The translations under genes were made by a program, and so were the position numbers. Shown piece after piece: positions 24,215 to 33,180 of a stretch of 64,000 nt of DNA. The first letter of the stretch is position 1. Every line of letters begins with the position of its first letter. The DNA lies in IMG/VR virus record IMGVR_UViG_3300045988_092126; one strand, 5' to 3'. The DNA is from a virus. Under the pieces are notes generated by a model. That model did no database searches and was not told the DNA's origin. It worked only from the letters and a program-made list of their open reading frames with translations.

Positions 24215-24722
24215 GACTATCAAAATGGAACTGTCGCATAAATCTATACAGGACACAATAAAACAGCTCAGGCAGTACCAAAACAGCCTTAAAAGTAAGA
24301 ATGAATTATTTGTTCGTCGACTGTCTGAACTTGGAATCCCTGTCATTGATCAGAATATTTCACTGTCGCAGGGCGATTCCGATAAAAATCACAGCACCTA
24401 CATCAAAATCAATTCGTTCGGCGATTACTCACAAGCAACTTTAGTATGTGAGGGCGCAGGTCTGTTGTTCATAGAGTTTGGTGCCGGAATCCATTACAAT
24501 ACCCCGGCAGGCTCAAGCCCGCACCCGAAAGGGCAGGAACTTGGATATACAATCGGTTCTTACGGTCATGGTAAAGGAAAAAACGATTCTTGGACATACA
24601 CGTCTGAAACTGGCGAATGGGTAAGATCATATGGTACCGAAGCCACTATGCCGGTTTATAAAGCAAGCATGGAAATCATACAGAACATTCGGAAAATCGC
24701 AAAAGAGATATTTTCTACTTAA
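24204..24722 (+). CDS. Neck / tail-component candidate (start uncertain)
   Basis: About 172 aa. The call rests on position only. Confidence 0.4.
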   Translation: MANKTIKMELSHKSIQDTIKQLRQYQNSLKSKNELFVRRLSELGIPVIDQNISLSQGDSDKNHSTYIKINSFGDYSQATLVCEGAGLLFIEFGAGIHYNTPAGSSPHPKGQELGYTIGSYGHGKGKNDSWTYTSETGEWVRSYGTEATMPVYKASMEIIQNIRKIAKEIFST

Positions 24723-24726
24723 ACTT

Positions 24727-24800
24727 CATACTGAAACATACTATTCAAAATGGTATACTATAACATATAAAAGCATCTGCAAACAAGCAGGTGCTTTTTT
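24727..24800 (+). promoter_or_regulatory. Repeated late element, copy 2
   Basis: CATACTGAAACATACT (24727-42), 11 nt gap, TGGTATACT, GCATCTGC/GCAGGTGC hairpin (24773-94), TTTTTT, CATGCA. Confidence 0.6.
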
Positions 24801-24832
24801 CATGCAAAAACATAGAAAAGGAGAATGTAAGC

Positions 24833-25471
24833 ATGTTAGTAGAAACAATGATTATCAGAAAAGTAGAAACGAGCATTGTCACAAGCCTAGATGTCGCGGA
24901 GACTTTTGGAAAAGAACATAAAAGAGTATTGCAGGACATTAGAGAATTAGGATGCAGTGAAGAATTCGGACAGCACAATTTCGTGCCTTCCTCATATACA
25001 AGTATTCAGAATAAAAAGCAACCTATGTACTGTATGACAAGAGATGGGTTCACACTTCTTGTTATGGGATACACTGGCGAAAAAGCCATGAAATTCAAAG
25101 AAGGATATATCCGCCAGTTCAATGCAATGGAAAAAGTTCTTTTAGGGAAAATAAGAGAACGAGACAAAGGCATTGCAGTGAGACAGGCGTTGACCAATGC
25201 ACTTAAAGAATCTCAAGAAAATGAGAGAATACATGGTCATGCGTATTCGACATATACAGATATGGTATATCGTACATTGTTTGGCAAAACTGCAAAACAA
25301 CTTAGAGAAGAAAAGGGAATCTCTACCAAGGACAATCTGAGAGATTTCCTCACTGAAGAAGAATTAAAAGCAGTTCAATCAAAAGAAATGCTTGTTAGCG
25401 GATTGATTGACTGTGGATGGGGATATTCTCAAATAAGAGATTTCCTAAAGGACAGTCTCAAAATATGTTAG
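24833..25471 (+). CDS. Rha-family phage regulatory protein (antirepressor-like)
   Basis: ...VTSLDVAETFGKEHKRVLQDIRELGCSEEFGQHNFVPSSY...MTRDGFTLLVMGYTGEKAMKFKEGYIRQFNAME. Confidence 0.7.
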   Translation: MLVETMIIRKVETSIVTSLDVAETFGKEHKRVLQDIRELGCSEEFGQHNFVPSSYTSIQNKKQPMYCMTRDGFTLLVMGYTGEKAMKFKEGYIRQFNAMEKVLLGKIRERDKGIAVRQALTNALKESQENERIHGHAYSTYTDMVYRTLFGKTAKQLREEKGISTKDNLRDFLTEEELKAVQSKEMLVSGLIDCGWGYSQIRDFLKDSLKIC

Positions 25472-25489
25472 AACAGGCGAGGTGATTCT

Positions 25490-25897
25490 ATGCCAGACAC
25501 GATCAATAACCCAGTATCAGAAGTATTTTCTAGGTGGAGTAAAGATATTCAACCAGCAGTCGGCAAAGGCAATTTTTCCATGGAGAAAAGCCAGACAATA
25601 GCATCTGGCAAAACGAAATACGCCAGATTGTTCATGATGGGGAATCCCACGCAGTCGACAAGTCTTGAAGGTCACGAATGTGCAACAATTCTTTCGTTTC
25701 AAGTGGAAAGTTACGCATCTGGAACGAAGGCTTTATCGACTGCATATGAAATCGACAGCAAGAGCCATCAGGCTATGGTTTCAATGGGATTTCGCCGGAC
25801 ATACGGGCCAGAAGAGGTTGCAAACTCTGAAAAGAGTTTTAAACGAATCATAAGCCGGTACAGCAGAATTTACACCGGGCAATTATTGGAAGCGTAA
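25490..25897 (+). CDS. Tail completion / terminator candidate
   Basis: 135 aa, positioned upstream of the major tail gene. Confidence 0.4.
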   Translation: MPDTINNPVSEVFSRWSKDIQPAVGKGNFSMEKSQTIASGKTKYARLFMMGNPTQSTSLEGHECATILSFQVESYASGTKALSTAYEIDSKSHQAMVSMGFRRTYGPEEVANSEKSFKRIISRYSRIYTGQLLEA

Positions 25898-25912
25898 CAG
25901 CTTCTATTTTTT
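25889..25912 (+). terminator. Weak intrinsic terminator
   Basis: GAAGC-gtaaca-GCTTC followed by TATTTTTT. Confidence 0.45.
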
Positions 25913-25938
25913 ATACCAAAAAGAAAGGAGAGTGTCCT

Positions 25939-26151
25939 ATGAGTAAAGATAAATTACAATGGCTGAAAGCTGCGGGAATCAGAGCTGTTAAGACAATTGC
26001 TCAGACAGCAGTTGCAACAATCGGAACCGCGACAGTCCTTGGAAGCGTTGACTGGAAGATGGTCGTATCCGCGTCCGTTCTTTCCGGCGTTTTATCCTTG
26101 CTTACATCTGTAGCAGGGCTTCCAGAACTGAAAACAAGCGCAGATGAATAG
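25939..26151 (+). CDS. Holin-like two-TM protein (r1t/LL-H-like pattern)
   Basis: WLKAAGIRAVKTIAQTAVATIGTA...VDWKMVVSASVLSGVLSLLTSVAGLP. Confidence 0.5.
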   Translation: MSKDKLQWLKAAGIRAVKTIAQTAVATIGTATVLGSVDWKMVVSASVLSGVLSLLTSVAGLPELKTSADE

Positions 26152-26196
26152 AAAGGACGGTGATCCTTTTATCTCCCGGATGCAGGGTTACGCATC

Positions 26197-26217
26197 AGAG
26201 CCACATGGCTCTTTTTT
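26197..26217 (+). terminator. Intrinsic terminator
   Basis: GAGCC-acat-GGCTC followed by TTTTTT. Confidence 0.5.
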
Positions 26218-26256
26218 ATTGTGATTTTATAGCTGAAAAGCAGAAAGGAGCCGAAT

Positions 26257-26751
26257 ATGGCAGATAAAGGAAATATAGCAGGCGTAAGTACCGTTGGTTC
26301 GCTTACCGGATATGCAGTTGAAACAACAGCAGGTACTAAACCGACAGCTTTTAAACTTCTTCACAGAATCAATGCTTCTGATGAAATTAAAATTGATGTA
26401 GAAACAATCGACGCTTCCGCACTTGAAGATGAAGTTGAAAGAACTATTGCAGGACGTGGTTCTACAGGTGGCACATTCAACGTAACTGTGAACGTAACTG
26501 ATGAAACTATCACTGAATGGGAAACCTTAATCAGCGAATACAAAACAGCAAAAACAGATGGAAAATCTATGTGGTATGAAGAGTACTTCCCGTCTCTTAA
26601 GAAAGCGTTCTTCACAAAAATCGAGCCACCGACAATCATTCCTAAACCGGCAAGAGATCAGAACGGTCTGTTAACCGTCGAAATGTCTCTTACTATCAAT
26701 GAGTACGTCGGACCGGGCGACGCAATAGTTCCAACTGACAGCGGCATTTAA
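26257..26751 (+). CDS. Major tail protein
   Basis: 164 aa, positioned before the chaperone pair and the tape measure gene. Confidence 0.65.
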   Translation: MADKGNIAGVSTVGSLTGYAVETTAGTKPTAFKLLHRINASDEIKIDVETIDASALEDEVERTIAGRGSTGGTFNVTVNVTDETITEWETLISEYKTAKTDGKSMWYEEYFPSLKKAFFTKIEPPTIIPKPARDQNGLLTVEMSLTINEYVGPGDAIVPTDSGI

Positions 26752-26774
26752 ACATATTTGGGAGGACAAATAAT

Positions 26775-27260
26775 ATGTATAAAGTTTTAAAAATCGGCGG
26801 CAAAGACTACAAACTTGAATATGGGATTGAAGCATCACTGTTTGATGATTGCGTGAAATCTGTGATGAATATGTTAGTTTCCGCAAGCGGCGGAACGGAC
26901 AAAAGTCTCAGGGAGATGGTTTCTGGAATGAGTAGCATCCCGAATACTGCACTCAATGCGTTTTATGCCGGATTACTTCAATATCATGGCAATCATCCTG
27001 ATGGTGATGGTACTGTCCCGGATTTAGATACTGCCAAAAAACTTGCAGCGCAGTATATGTCTGAGCATAAAGATGATGAGCAGGGCAACTTCTACGGTAT
27101 CTTTTCTATGTGCATCGAACAAATGGAGGAAGACGGTTTTTTCAAGTTAACAGGTCTGGAAACGTTCATGGACAACTTGAATGCGGCGATGGACTCTGTG
27201 AAAGCGAAGAAAACACCGAAGAAGCCGACAGATCATTTGAAAAAAGCTACAGCGAAATAA
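26775..27260 (+). CDS. Tail assembly chaperone (G-like)
   Basis: 161 aa, acidic, located directly upstream of the tape measure gene. Confidence 0.7.
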   Translation: MYKVLKIGGKDYKLEYGIEASLFDDCVKSVMNMLVSASGGTDKSLREMVSGMSSIPNTALNAFYAGLLQYHGNHPDGDGTVPDLDTAKKLAAQYMSEHKDDEQGNFYGIFSMCIEQMEEDGFFKLTGLETFMDNLNAAMDSVKAKKTPKKPTDHLKKATAK

Positions 27261-27661
27261 TCTGGGATGAATTATATCCAATGGCTGTGCGCATTGGAAT
27301 GTCAAAAAAAGAATTTCTCAGGAGCACTCTTAAGGACTTGAGAATCCGTATAGAACAATACGGAATCTCAAAAAATGAAGAAATTCAGTCGCAGTTAATA
27401 AACATGGACTATCAGGCATGGCTGACCGGATTGTATGTCAAGACGAGTATTTCGTGCGCATTATTTCCGAGAAAGGTTAGTTATCCGAGCAAACCAATTA
27501 CGCAGGAAAAACAAAATAATTGGGTCAAACACAATCCAAATACGCCAAAGAAATCAGAAGCAGAACTAAGACAAGAAGAACGTTACTACGAACTTCTTAT
27601 CAGGCAGGCAAATGCAAATATATCTGAAATAGGCAATAAAGAGGGCAAGCAGGATGAATAG
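27242..27661 (+). CDS. Tail assembly chaperone -1 frameshift extension (GT-like)
   Basis: The -1 frame is open across the end of the 26775 ORF. An A6 run at 27240-45 (TTG AAA AAA GCT) is the likely slippery site. Confidence 0.6.
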   Translation, partial: KSYSEIIWDELYPMAVRIGMSKKEFLRSTLKDLRIRIEQYGISKNEEIQSQLINMDYQAWLTGLYVKTSISCALFPRKVSYPSKPITQEKQNNWVKHNPNTPKKSEAELRQEERYYELLIRQANANISEIGNKEGKQDE

Positions 27662-27688
27662 TAGTCTTGCTTGCCCTTTATTTTTTTG
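27643..27688 (+). terminator. Strong intrinsic terminator immediately upstream of the tape measure gene
   Basis: GGGCAAGCA(27643-51)/TGCTTGCCC(27668-76) followed by TTTATTTTTTT. Confidence 0.7.
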
Positions 27689-27707
27689 AAATAAAGGAGG
27701 TGCTTAT

Positions 27708-30700
27708 ATGCCTGACAACACAATAGATAGCCTTGCGATAGAGGTCAGCAGTAACGTATCAAATGCAAGTAAATCCATTGATGATTTATGCAATAAACTG
27801 AATCGTCTGAGTAGCCGTATGTCTGAGAGTATCAAGCATCTTAGAGACTTTTCAGCTTCCGTAGGTACGGTCAATTCTGCTGTTCAAGCACTTAAATTAG
27901 ACAGGCTTGATTTATCAACGATAAACAGTCAATTGCAACAGTTTGTTCAGTCTATGAGTGCGCTCGGTAGCCTGAACTTGAGAAACAACGGATTAAACTC
28001 ATTCGTAAATGCAATCCGCAGACTGAACGAAACATTAAACTCCACAGGTGATGTGTCTGGAAAGATTCAGAACATGATTTCCGAATTATCTGGTCTTAGC
28101 AGTATTCCAGACGTATCAAACAACGTGAACCGGTTTGTTTCTTCATTGGCAAGATTGGCGAATGCAGGTGGCTCTATTGATGCAGTTACATCAAAACTTC
28201 CAAATCTTGGTGAAGAACTCAGAAAAATCATAGTTTCGTTCTCTGGAATAGGTAATATCTCTCAACCAATTAATACATTTGTTCAGTCAATTTCACAGTT
28301 GGCAAATGCAGGAGATAAAACTGGAAAGACTGCAACTCAGCTTAATGATTTGGCTAATAGCTTAAAATTATTCTTTCAGACAATGAGTACTGCTCCAAGA
28401 ATTAGTAACAGCACAATTCAAATGACACAGGCTATTGCTCAATTGGCAAACTCTGGGGCAAATGCTGGTAGGGCGGCAAGGTTTACTGCGAGTGCTTTTT
28501 CCAGACTGGGACAGGGTGCGGCTGCTTCGACGGGAAAAGTTAGAAGACTCGGTAATGCCGTTGGAAATGTAGGAAGTAAAGCTAAAAAAAGCTTACCTAG
28601 CATTATGTCCTTGGTTGCGAAGTTCTGGACGTTGAAATTTGTTGTTGGAAAATTCGGTAGCGCAATTGAAAGTTCCATGAACTTCCTCGAAGATTATAAC
28701 TACTTTCAAGCGGCGTTCCGTCAGGTAGCAGATAAAGCAGGAAAAACTTGGTCGGAAGCAGGGTATGACTCCGCAGAAGCATACGCAGATTCATTCAGCC
28801 AGAGAGCCAGAGAACTTACATCTAAAATGTCTGGATTTGATGTTTCTGACAATGCGATTCTGACCTCAAATAAAACCGGTAAGTCACTTGGTATGGACCC
28901 GTCCATGCTTTTAAATTATCAAGGCCAGTTTGCACAGTTATCATCATCTATGGGAACGACTTCTGAACAGGCTTTAAAGCTGTCGAATGCGTTAACTATG
29001 ATCGGCGCAGACCTTGCATCTGTTAAAAATCTTGATTTTAAAACAGTTTACGAAAACTTATCCTCTGGATTAGTAGGAATGAGCCGTGCTGTAGATAAAT
29101 ATGGCGCGAATATTCGTGTGGCAAACTTACAGCAATACGCTTCGAATCTCGGACTGCAAACAGCTGTATCAAAGATGGACCAGGCAAGCAAAGCAATGCT
29201 GAGGACAATAGTGATACTGGATTCTACACGGTACGCATGGGCGGATATGGCAAATACGATAAATATGCCAGCCAACCAGTTACGTATACTTCGTGCAAAT
29301 TTAGTATCCTGCGCCAGAGCATTAGGGAACATCTTTATGCCTGTAGTTGCGGCAGTGCTTCCATACATCAATGGTCTCGTAATCGCATTTCAAAGACTTT
29401 TGACATACATTGGTTCACTTCTTGGAGTTGATACCAAAATTGGAAATATGTTCGGTTCTATCGGTAGCGGAAGTGAAAATCTCTCAAACGCACTTGATAC
29501 TATAGACGATTCTAGTCTTTCAGATGTTGATGATACTACAAAAGATACCAGTGACAATCTGAAAAATGCGACTAAAAACGCAAAGAAGCTCAAACAGTTC
29601 CTTGCATCCTATGATGAATTAGAGGTTATGAGCAAAGACGACAGTTCTCTGTCAAACCTTGCAAATTCTAAGATTAAAACGCCTGCTCTTGACACATCTG
29701 CCCTTGACGCAGGAATGCTCAATGATGCGTTGGATAAGCTTCTGAATGAATACCAGAAGAAATGGGATGCCGCCTACAACTCAATGGAAAATAAGGCCAT
29801 GGCGTTCGCGAATAAGGTTACAGACACATTTAAGAAACTTGCAAAAGCCGCAGAGCCTACTACAAAAGCTTTGAAAAATCTCTGGAATAACGGATTGAAA
29901 CAGCTCAGAGACTTCACATGGACAGCATTAAAAGATTTCTGGGAACATTTTCTAAAACCACTTGGGAAATGGACATTAGGAGAAAAAGGATTACCACGAT
30001 TAATCAATGCTTTTAACGATTTTCTTGTAAAAATTAACTGGGATAAAATCAATGCTTCCCTTGTGCAATTATGGGATGTATTAGAGCCATTCGCTGAGAA
30101 TGTCGGAACAGGATTGCTTGATTTCTTTGACGATTTCTTTGACAAGGCGGCAGACGGAGTGAACAAACTCCCTGATCTGATTGACAAGTTTAAAGAGTTT
30201 ATCGCGGGATTCTCACCAAAGCAAGCACAATCTATCGGTTATTTCCTCGGACAGCTTCTGACTGCATTTATGGCGTTCAAAGGACTTACATGGTTCGGGG
30301 GCATTTTCGGTAAAGATGGAGTGATAGGCAAAGGCATTACCATGTTAGCGGCACATCCATACGCTTCGATAGCGGCAGGGCTGGGACTTACCGTCGCCGC
30401 GCTTGATAAGTTTGGAGTGATTGATGTTGATTGGGACGGATTATGGACAAGAATTGGAAATCTCAAAGACGTAATTGTGAATTTCATCAAAAATATTGAT
30501 TGGGATTCATTGGTAAAAACAATCGGTGATGTATGGGATGTATTTCAGCCGTTTGCTGAGGGATTCGCAGACGCATTTATAAATTTCTTTGACATAATGC
30601 TCAATGACATTGGAGCACCACTAATTAATACATTAGTAAAAGTACTGGATGCATTTGCAAAAGTGTTAGGAAAACTTTCTCCTGAGTCAATATCTGCAAT

Positions 30701-32684
30701 AGGAAATGCGCTTGGAATTTTCTTCGCAGTAAAAGGAACTATTAAATTTTCGAAAAATATATGGAGTGTGGTTAGTTCAATTAGTGGACTACGAACGATA
30801 TTCAACGGTCTTGGCTCTGTATTATCTACAGCTAGTGGTGCGTTACAGACATTTTTTGGTTCTGGACTCGGTTCTACACTTGCGGCAGGATTCGCAGACA
30901 GTATGGTTGTCTTAGGCACTGCAATGGCGGGATTCAACCTTGGGAAATGGATAAGCGTTAATCTGTTCGGCGGCGAAGATAAAACCTTCGGGGAATTTTT
31001 GGAAGATAATGTATTCGGTTATCAAAAAGGGGATTTTACCGGAGCTATCAACGAATGGATGAAAGATATATTCGGAGTTGGAAATAAGCTTACAGAGGAC
31101 GACTTAAAAGTATTCCAGGAATATGAAGATGCCATTCTTAGTCTGGTTCACGCAAGCCAGATTTCGGGTGAACAAGCATATCCTTTATTAACATTCCTTT
31201 CTGAATTAAAAGACAATGGATATAGCACAGAACAGGCATTGCATGAACTTGAACTTAAACTCAATAATCTAGGGGTTTCATCAGAAGATTTTGAGAATGC
31301 GATAGCAGGAGTAAATAAACCGGTCAAAGACCTTGGAGACACAGCGGAAGCATCCTCTAATCAGTTTTCAAATATGGCTGACCGGATTAACAATGTTTCA
31401 TTTGAGGATATCTCAGAACAGCTTACGGGATTCCAGACACTTATCCAGACCGTTGACTTTGCGACTCTGGTAACAGATACAGCAAATGCAATTGATGAAA
31501 TGGGCGGCATCTGGGAAAACGGAAAACAGATTCTCGGCGAAAAAGCATTGCAGATTTATCAAGAAATCGCAAAGGGATTAGAGCCAGACGACAACGGTTA
31601 CTATACTTTAGCAAACGGTCAGATGGTGCAGTTCGGGAAAGGTATTTCTGACTATGAAAGCACTCTACAAAGTACAATGGATTCAACTCTGCAAGGAGCA
31701 ATCAACGGTGTTCTGGACAACAACTCCGGGTTTGAATTACTTGCAGAACTTGGAAAAAATCAAATTGTGGCATGTGGTGATGGAATTACTCAGAATGGTG
31801 GTCAGCTTACCAGCAAGCTAAACGAAACCATTACAACCGCAAGTTTAGAAGCAGGAAGTACAGCAAAAACCAGTGGAAAAGAAATAGGTGAAAATTCTGT
31901 AAAGGGAGTTATGCTGGGATACGAAAGTCAAAAAGATGCACTTGGTGTTGCAACTCAAAGCTTGTTTGATGATTATGTCAAGAAGAAAGCGCAAGAGTCT
32001 CTTGAATCTCATTCTCCGTCCAGATGGTTCAAGCAGCTTGCAGAATATTGCGGTCAAGGATTCCAAAACGGATTAGAGCCGGGCTTTTCCTCGTCATTTA
32101 CATGGTTTGGAAGAATCCGAACCAGAATCAGCAGTTCTATTGGAAACTTATATAATATCGGCTGGAACTCTATTATCGGTTTGAATAACGGAATCGTAGG
32201 CGCGGCACAACAGCTTTATGCGAATGTGCAAAAAATCGCTCAAAACATATCAAATACGTTCCGCAGAGTCCTTAAGATTCACAGTCCATCACAGGTAATG
32301 ATGGAACTCGGTGGATTCACCGTTGAGGGATTCCAGCTCGGTATGCAAAATATGCTTCCAAAAGTCGAATCAACCATCAATGACATAAGCGCAGAAGTGC
32401 AAAAGATTAACACGCCATCCGCAGACATTATTACAAAGAGTACATCCTATCAGGAAGTAAAAAGCAGAATGTCTGTTGATACAGATGATTTTGTGGACGA
32501 CATTCGGAAAGAAGTCATGGCAATCAGCAGTAACACGTTTGACAATAACCAGATGATCGGGCAGGCGGTCAAAAACGCTCTGAACGGCATGGCAATCTAT
32601 GCAGACGGACATCTGATTGGATATCTGAAAGAAGAAAATCAGCAGTTCAGAAATCGTAATGGATACGGAATATTTGAAGGGTAG
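27708..32684 (+). CDS. Tape measure protein
   Basis: 1658 aa with helical repeats and hydrophobic central segments, positioned after the chaperones. Confidence 0.85.
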   Translation: MPDNTIDSLAIEVSSNVSNASKSIDDLCNKLNRLSSRMSESIKHLRDFSASVGTVNSAVQALKLDRLDLSTINSQLQQFVQSMSALGSLNLRNNGLNSFVNAIRRLNETLNSTGDVSGKIQNMISELSGLSSIPDVSNNVNRFVSSLARLANAGGSIDAVTSKLPNLGEELRKIIVSFSGIGNISQPINTFVQSISQLANAGDKTGKTATQLNDLANSLKLFFQTMSTAPRISNSTIQMTQAIAQLANSGANAGRAARFTASAFSRLGQGAAASTGKVRRLGNAVGNVGSKAKKSLPSIMSLVAKFWTLKFVVGKFGSAIESSMNFLEDYNYFQAAFRQVADKAGKTWSEAGYDSAEAYADSFSQRARELTSKMSGFDVSDNAILTSNKTGKSLGMDPSMLLNYQGQFAQLSSSMGTTSEQALKLSNALTMIGADLASVKNLDFKTVYENLSSGLVGMSRAVDKYGANIRVANLQQYASNLGLQTAVSKMDQASKAMLRTIVILDSTRYAWADMANTINMPANQLRILRANLVSCARALGNIFMPVVAAVLPYINGLVIAFQRLLTYIGSLLGVDTKIGNMFGSIGSGSENLSNALDTIDDSSLSDVDDTTKDTSDNLKNATKNAKKLKQFLASYDELEVMSKDDSSLSNLANSKIKTPALDTSALDAGMLNDALDKLLNEYQKKWDAAYNSMENKAMAFANKVTDTFKKLAKAAEPTTKALKNLWNNGLKQLRDFTWTALKDFWEHFLKPLGKWTLGEKGLPRLINAFNDFLVKINWDKINASLVQLWDVLEPFAENVGTGLLDFFDDFFDKAADGVNKLPDLIDKFKEFIAGFSPKQAQSIGYFLGQLLTAFMAFKGLTWFGGIFGKDGVIGKGITMLAAHPYASIAAGLGLTVAALDKFGVIDVDWDGLWTRIGNLKDVIVNFIKNIDWDSLVKTIGDVWDVFQPFAEGFADAFINFFDIMLNDIGAPLINTLVKVLDAFAKVLGKLSPESISAIGNALGIFFAVKGTIKFSKNIWSVVSSISGLRTIFNGLGSVLSTASGALQTFFGSGLGSTLAAGFADSMVVLGTAMAGFNLGKWISVNLFGGEDKTFGEFLEDNVFGYQKGDFTGAINEWMKDIFGVGNKLTEDDLKVFQEYEDAILSLVHASQISGEQAYPLLTFLSELKDNGYSTEQALHELELKLNNLGVSSEDFENAIAGVNKPVKDLGDTAEASSNQFSNMADRINNVSFEDISEQLTGFQTLIQTVDFATLVTDTANAIDEMGGIWENGKQILGEKALQIYQEIAKGLEPDDNGYYTLANGQMVQFGKGISDYESTLQSTMDSTLQGAINGVLDNNSGFELLAELGKNQIVACGDGITQNGGQLTSKLNETITTASLEAGSTAKTSGKEIGENSVKGVMLGYESQKDALGVATQSLFDDYVKKKAQESLESHSPSRWFKQLAEYCGQGFQNGLEPGFSSSFTWFGRIRTRISSSIGNLYNIGWNSIIGLNNGIVGAAQQLYANVQKIAQNISNTFRRVLKIHSPSQVMMELGGFTVEGFQLGMQNMLPKVESTINDISAEVQKINTPSADIITKSTSYQEVKSRMSVDTDDFVDDIRKEVMAISSNTFDNNQMIGQAVKNALNGMAIYADGHLIGYLKEENQQFRNRNGYGIFEG

Positions 32685-32692
32685 GTGATAGA

Positions 32693-33118
32693 ATGAGCGA
32701 CTTTATTGCAGGAAGTAGTTTCCAAGGTTATTTTTTAAAGTTCGGGGGAAGCGTTCTCCCGAACAAATTCTTAGCCTACGATGATTATTCCGCAACTCCA
32801 AACCAGAGAACAGAGATAGAAGCATACAGGGACTTGAACAATCTCTTGCATAGGGACACAAGCCCGAATTTTAAGACAAAAATAGACTTCAACACGCGCC
32901 CTATGTGGTTGCCAGATAAAATTAAAATGCAGTCTATTTTTAAATCAGGCTTAGTCAATAAGGCGCAGCGGAAGTACAAGGTCACATACTGGGACGACGA
33001 AGAAAACACCTACAAAACAGGTGTTTTTTATATGCCTGATGTTGAGTATAAACCTATCAGAGTTGTAGGAAATAACATTTTATATAACAAAATCAGAATC
33101 GCACTGATCGAATACTAG
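32693..33118 (+). CDS. Small distal tail component
   Basis: 141 aa, located between the tape measure and tail tip genes. Confidence 0.45.
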   Translation: MSDFIAGSSFQGYFLKFGGSVLPNKFLAYDDYSATPNQRTEIEAYRDLNNLLHRDTSPNFKTKIDFNTRPMWLPDKIKMQSIFKSGLVNKAQRKYKVTYWDDEENTYKTGVFYMPDVEYKPIRVVGNNILYNKIRIALIEY

Positions 33119-33180
33119 CAACCAGAGTGCATGGGTGCCACAGCTCATGTGCTCTTTATTTTATATATGGGAGGACAGAT

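Noticed and set aside
28439-32612. Many 60-137 aa antisense or off-frame ORFs inside the tape measure gene. Similar ORFs occur inside terL (7357..7878 -), the portal gene, the capsid gene (13147..13584 -), the 33-38 kb tail gene, RecT (49897..50385 -), GIY-YIG (54202..54744 -) and the replisome organizer (61638..62081 -).
   Set aside because: They are fully embedded in long, well-supported genes, and lack an RBS or operon context. They are typical shadow ORFs.
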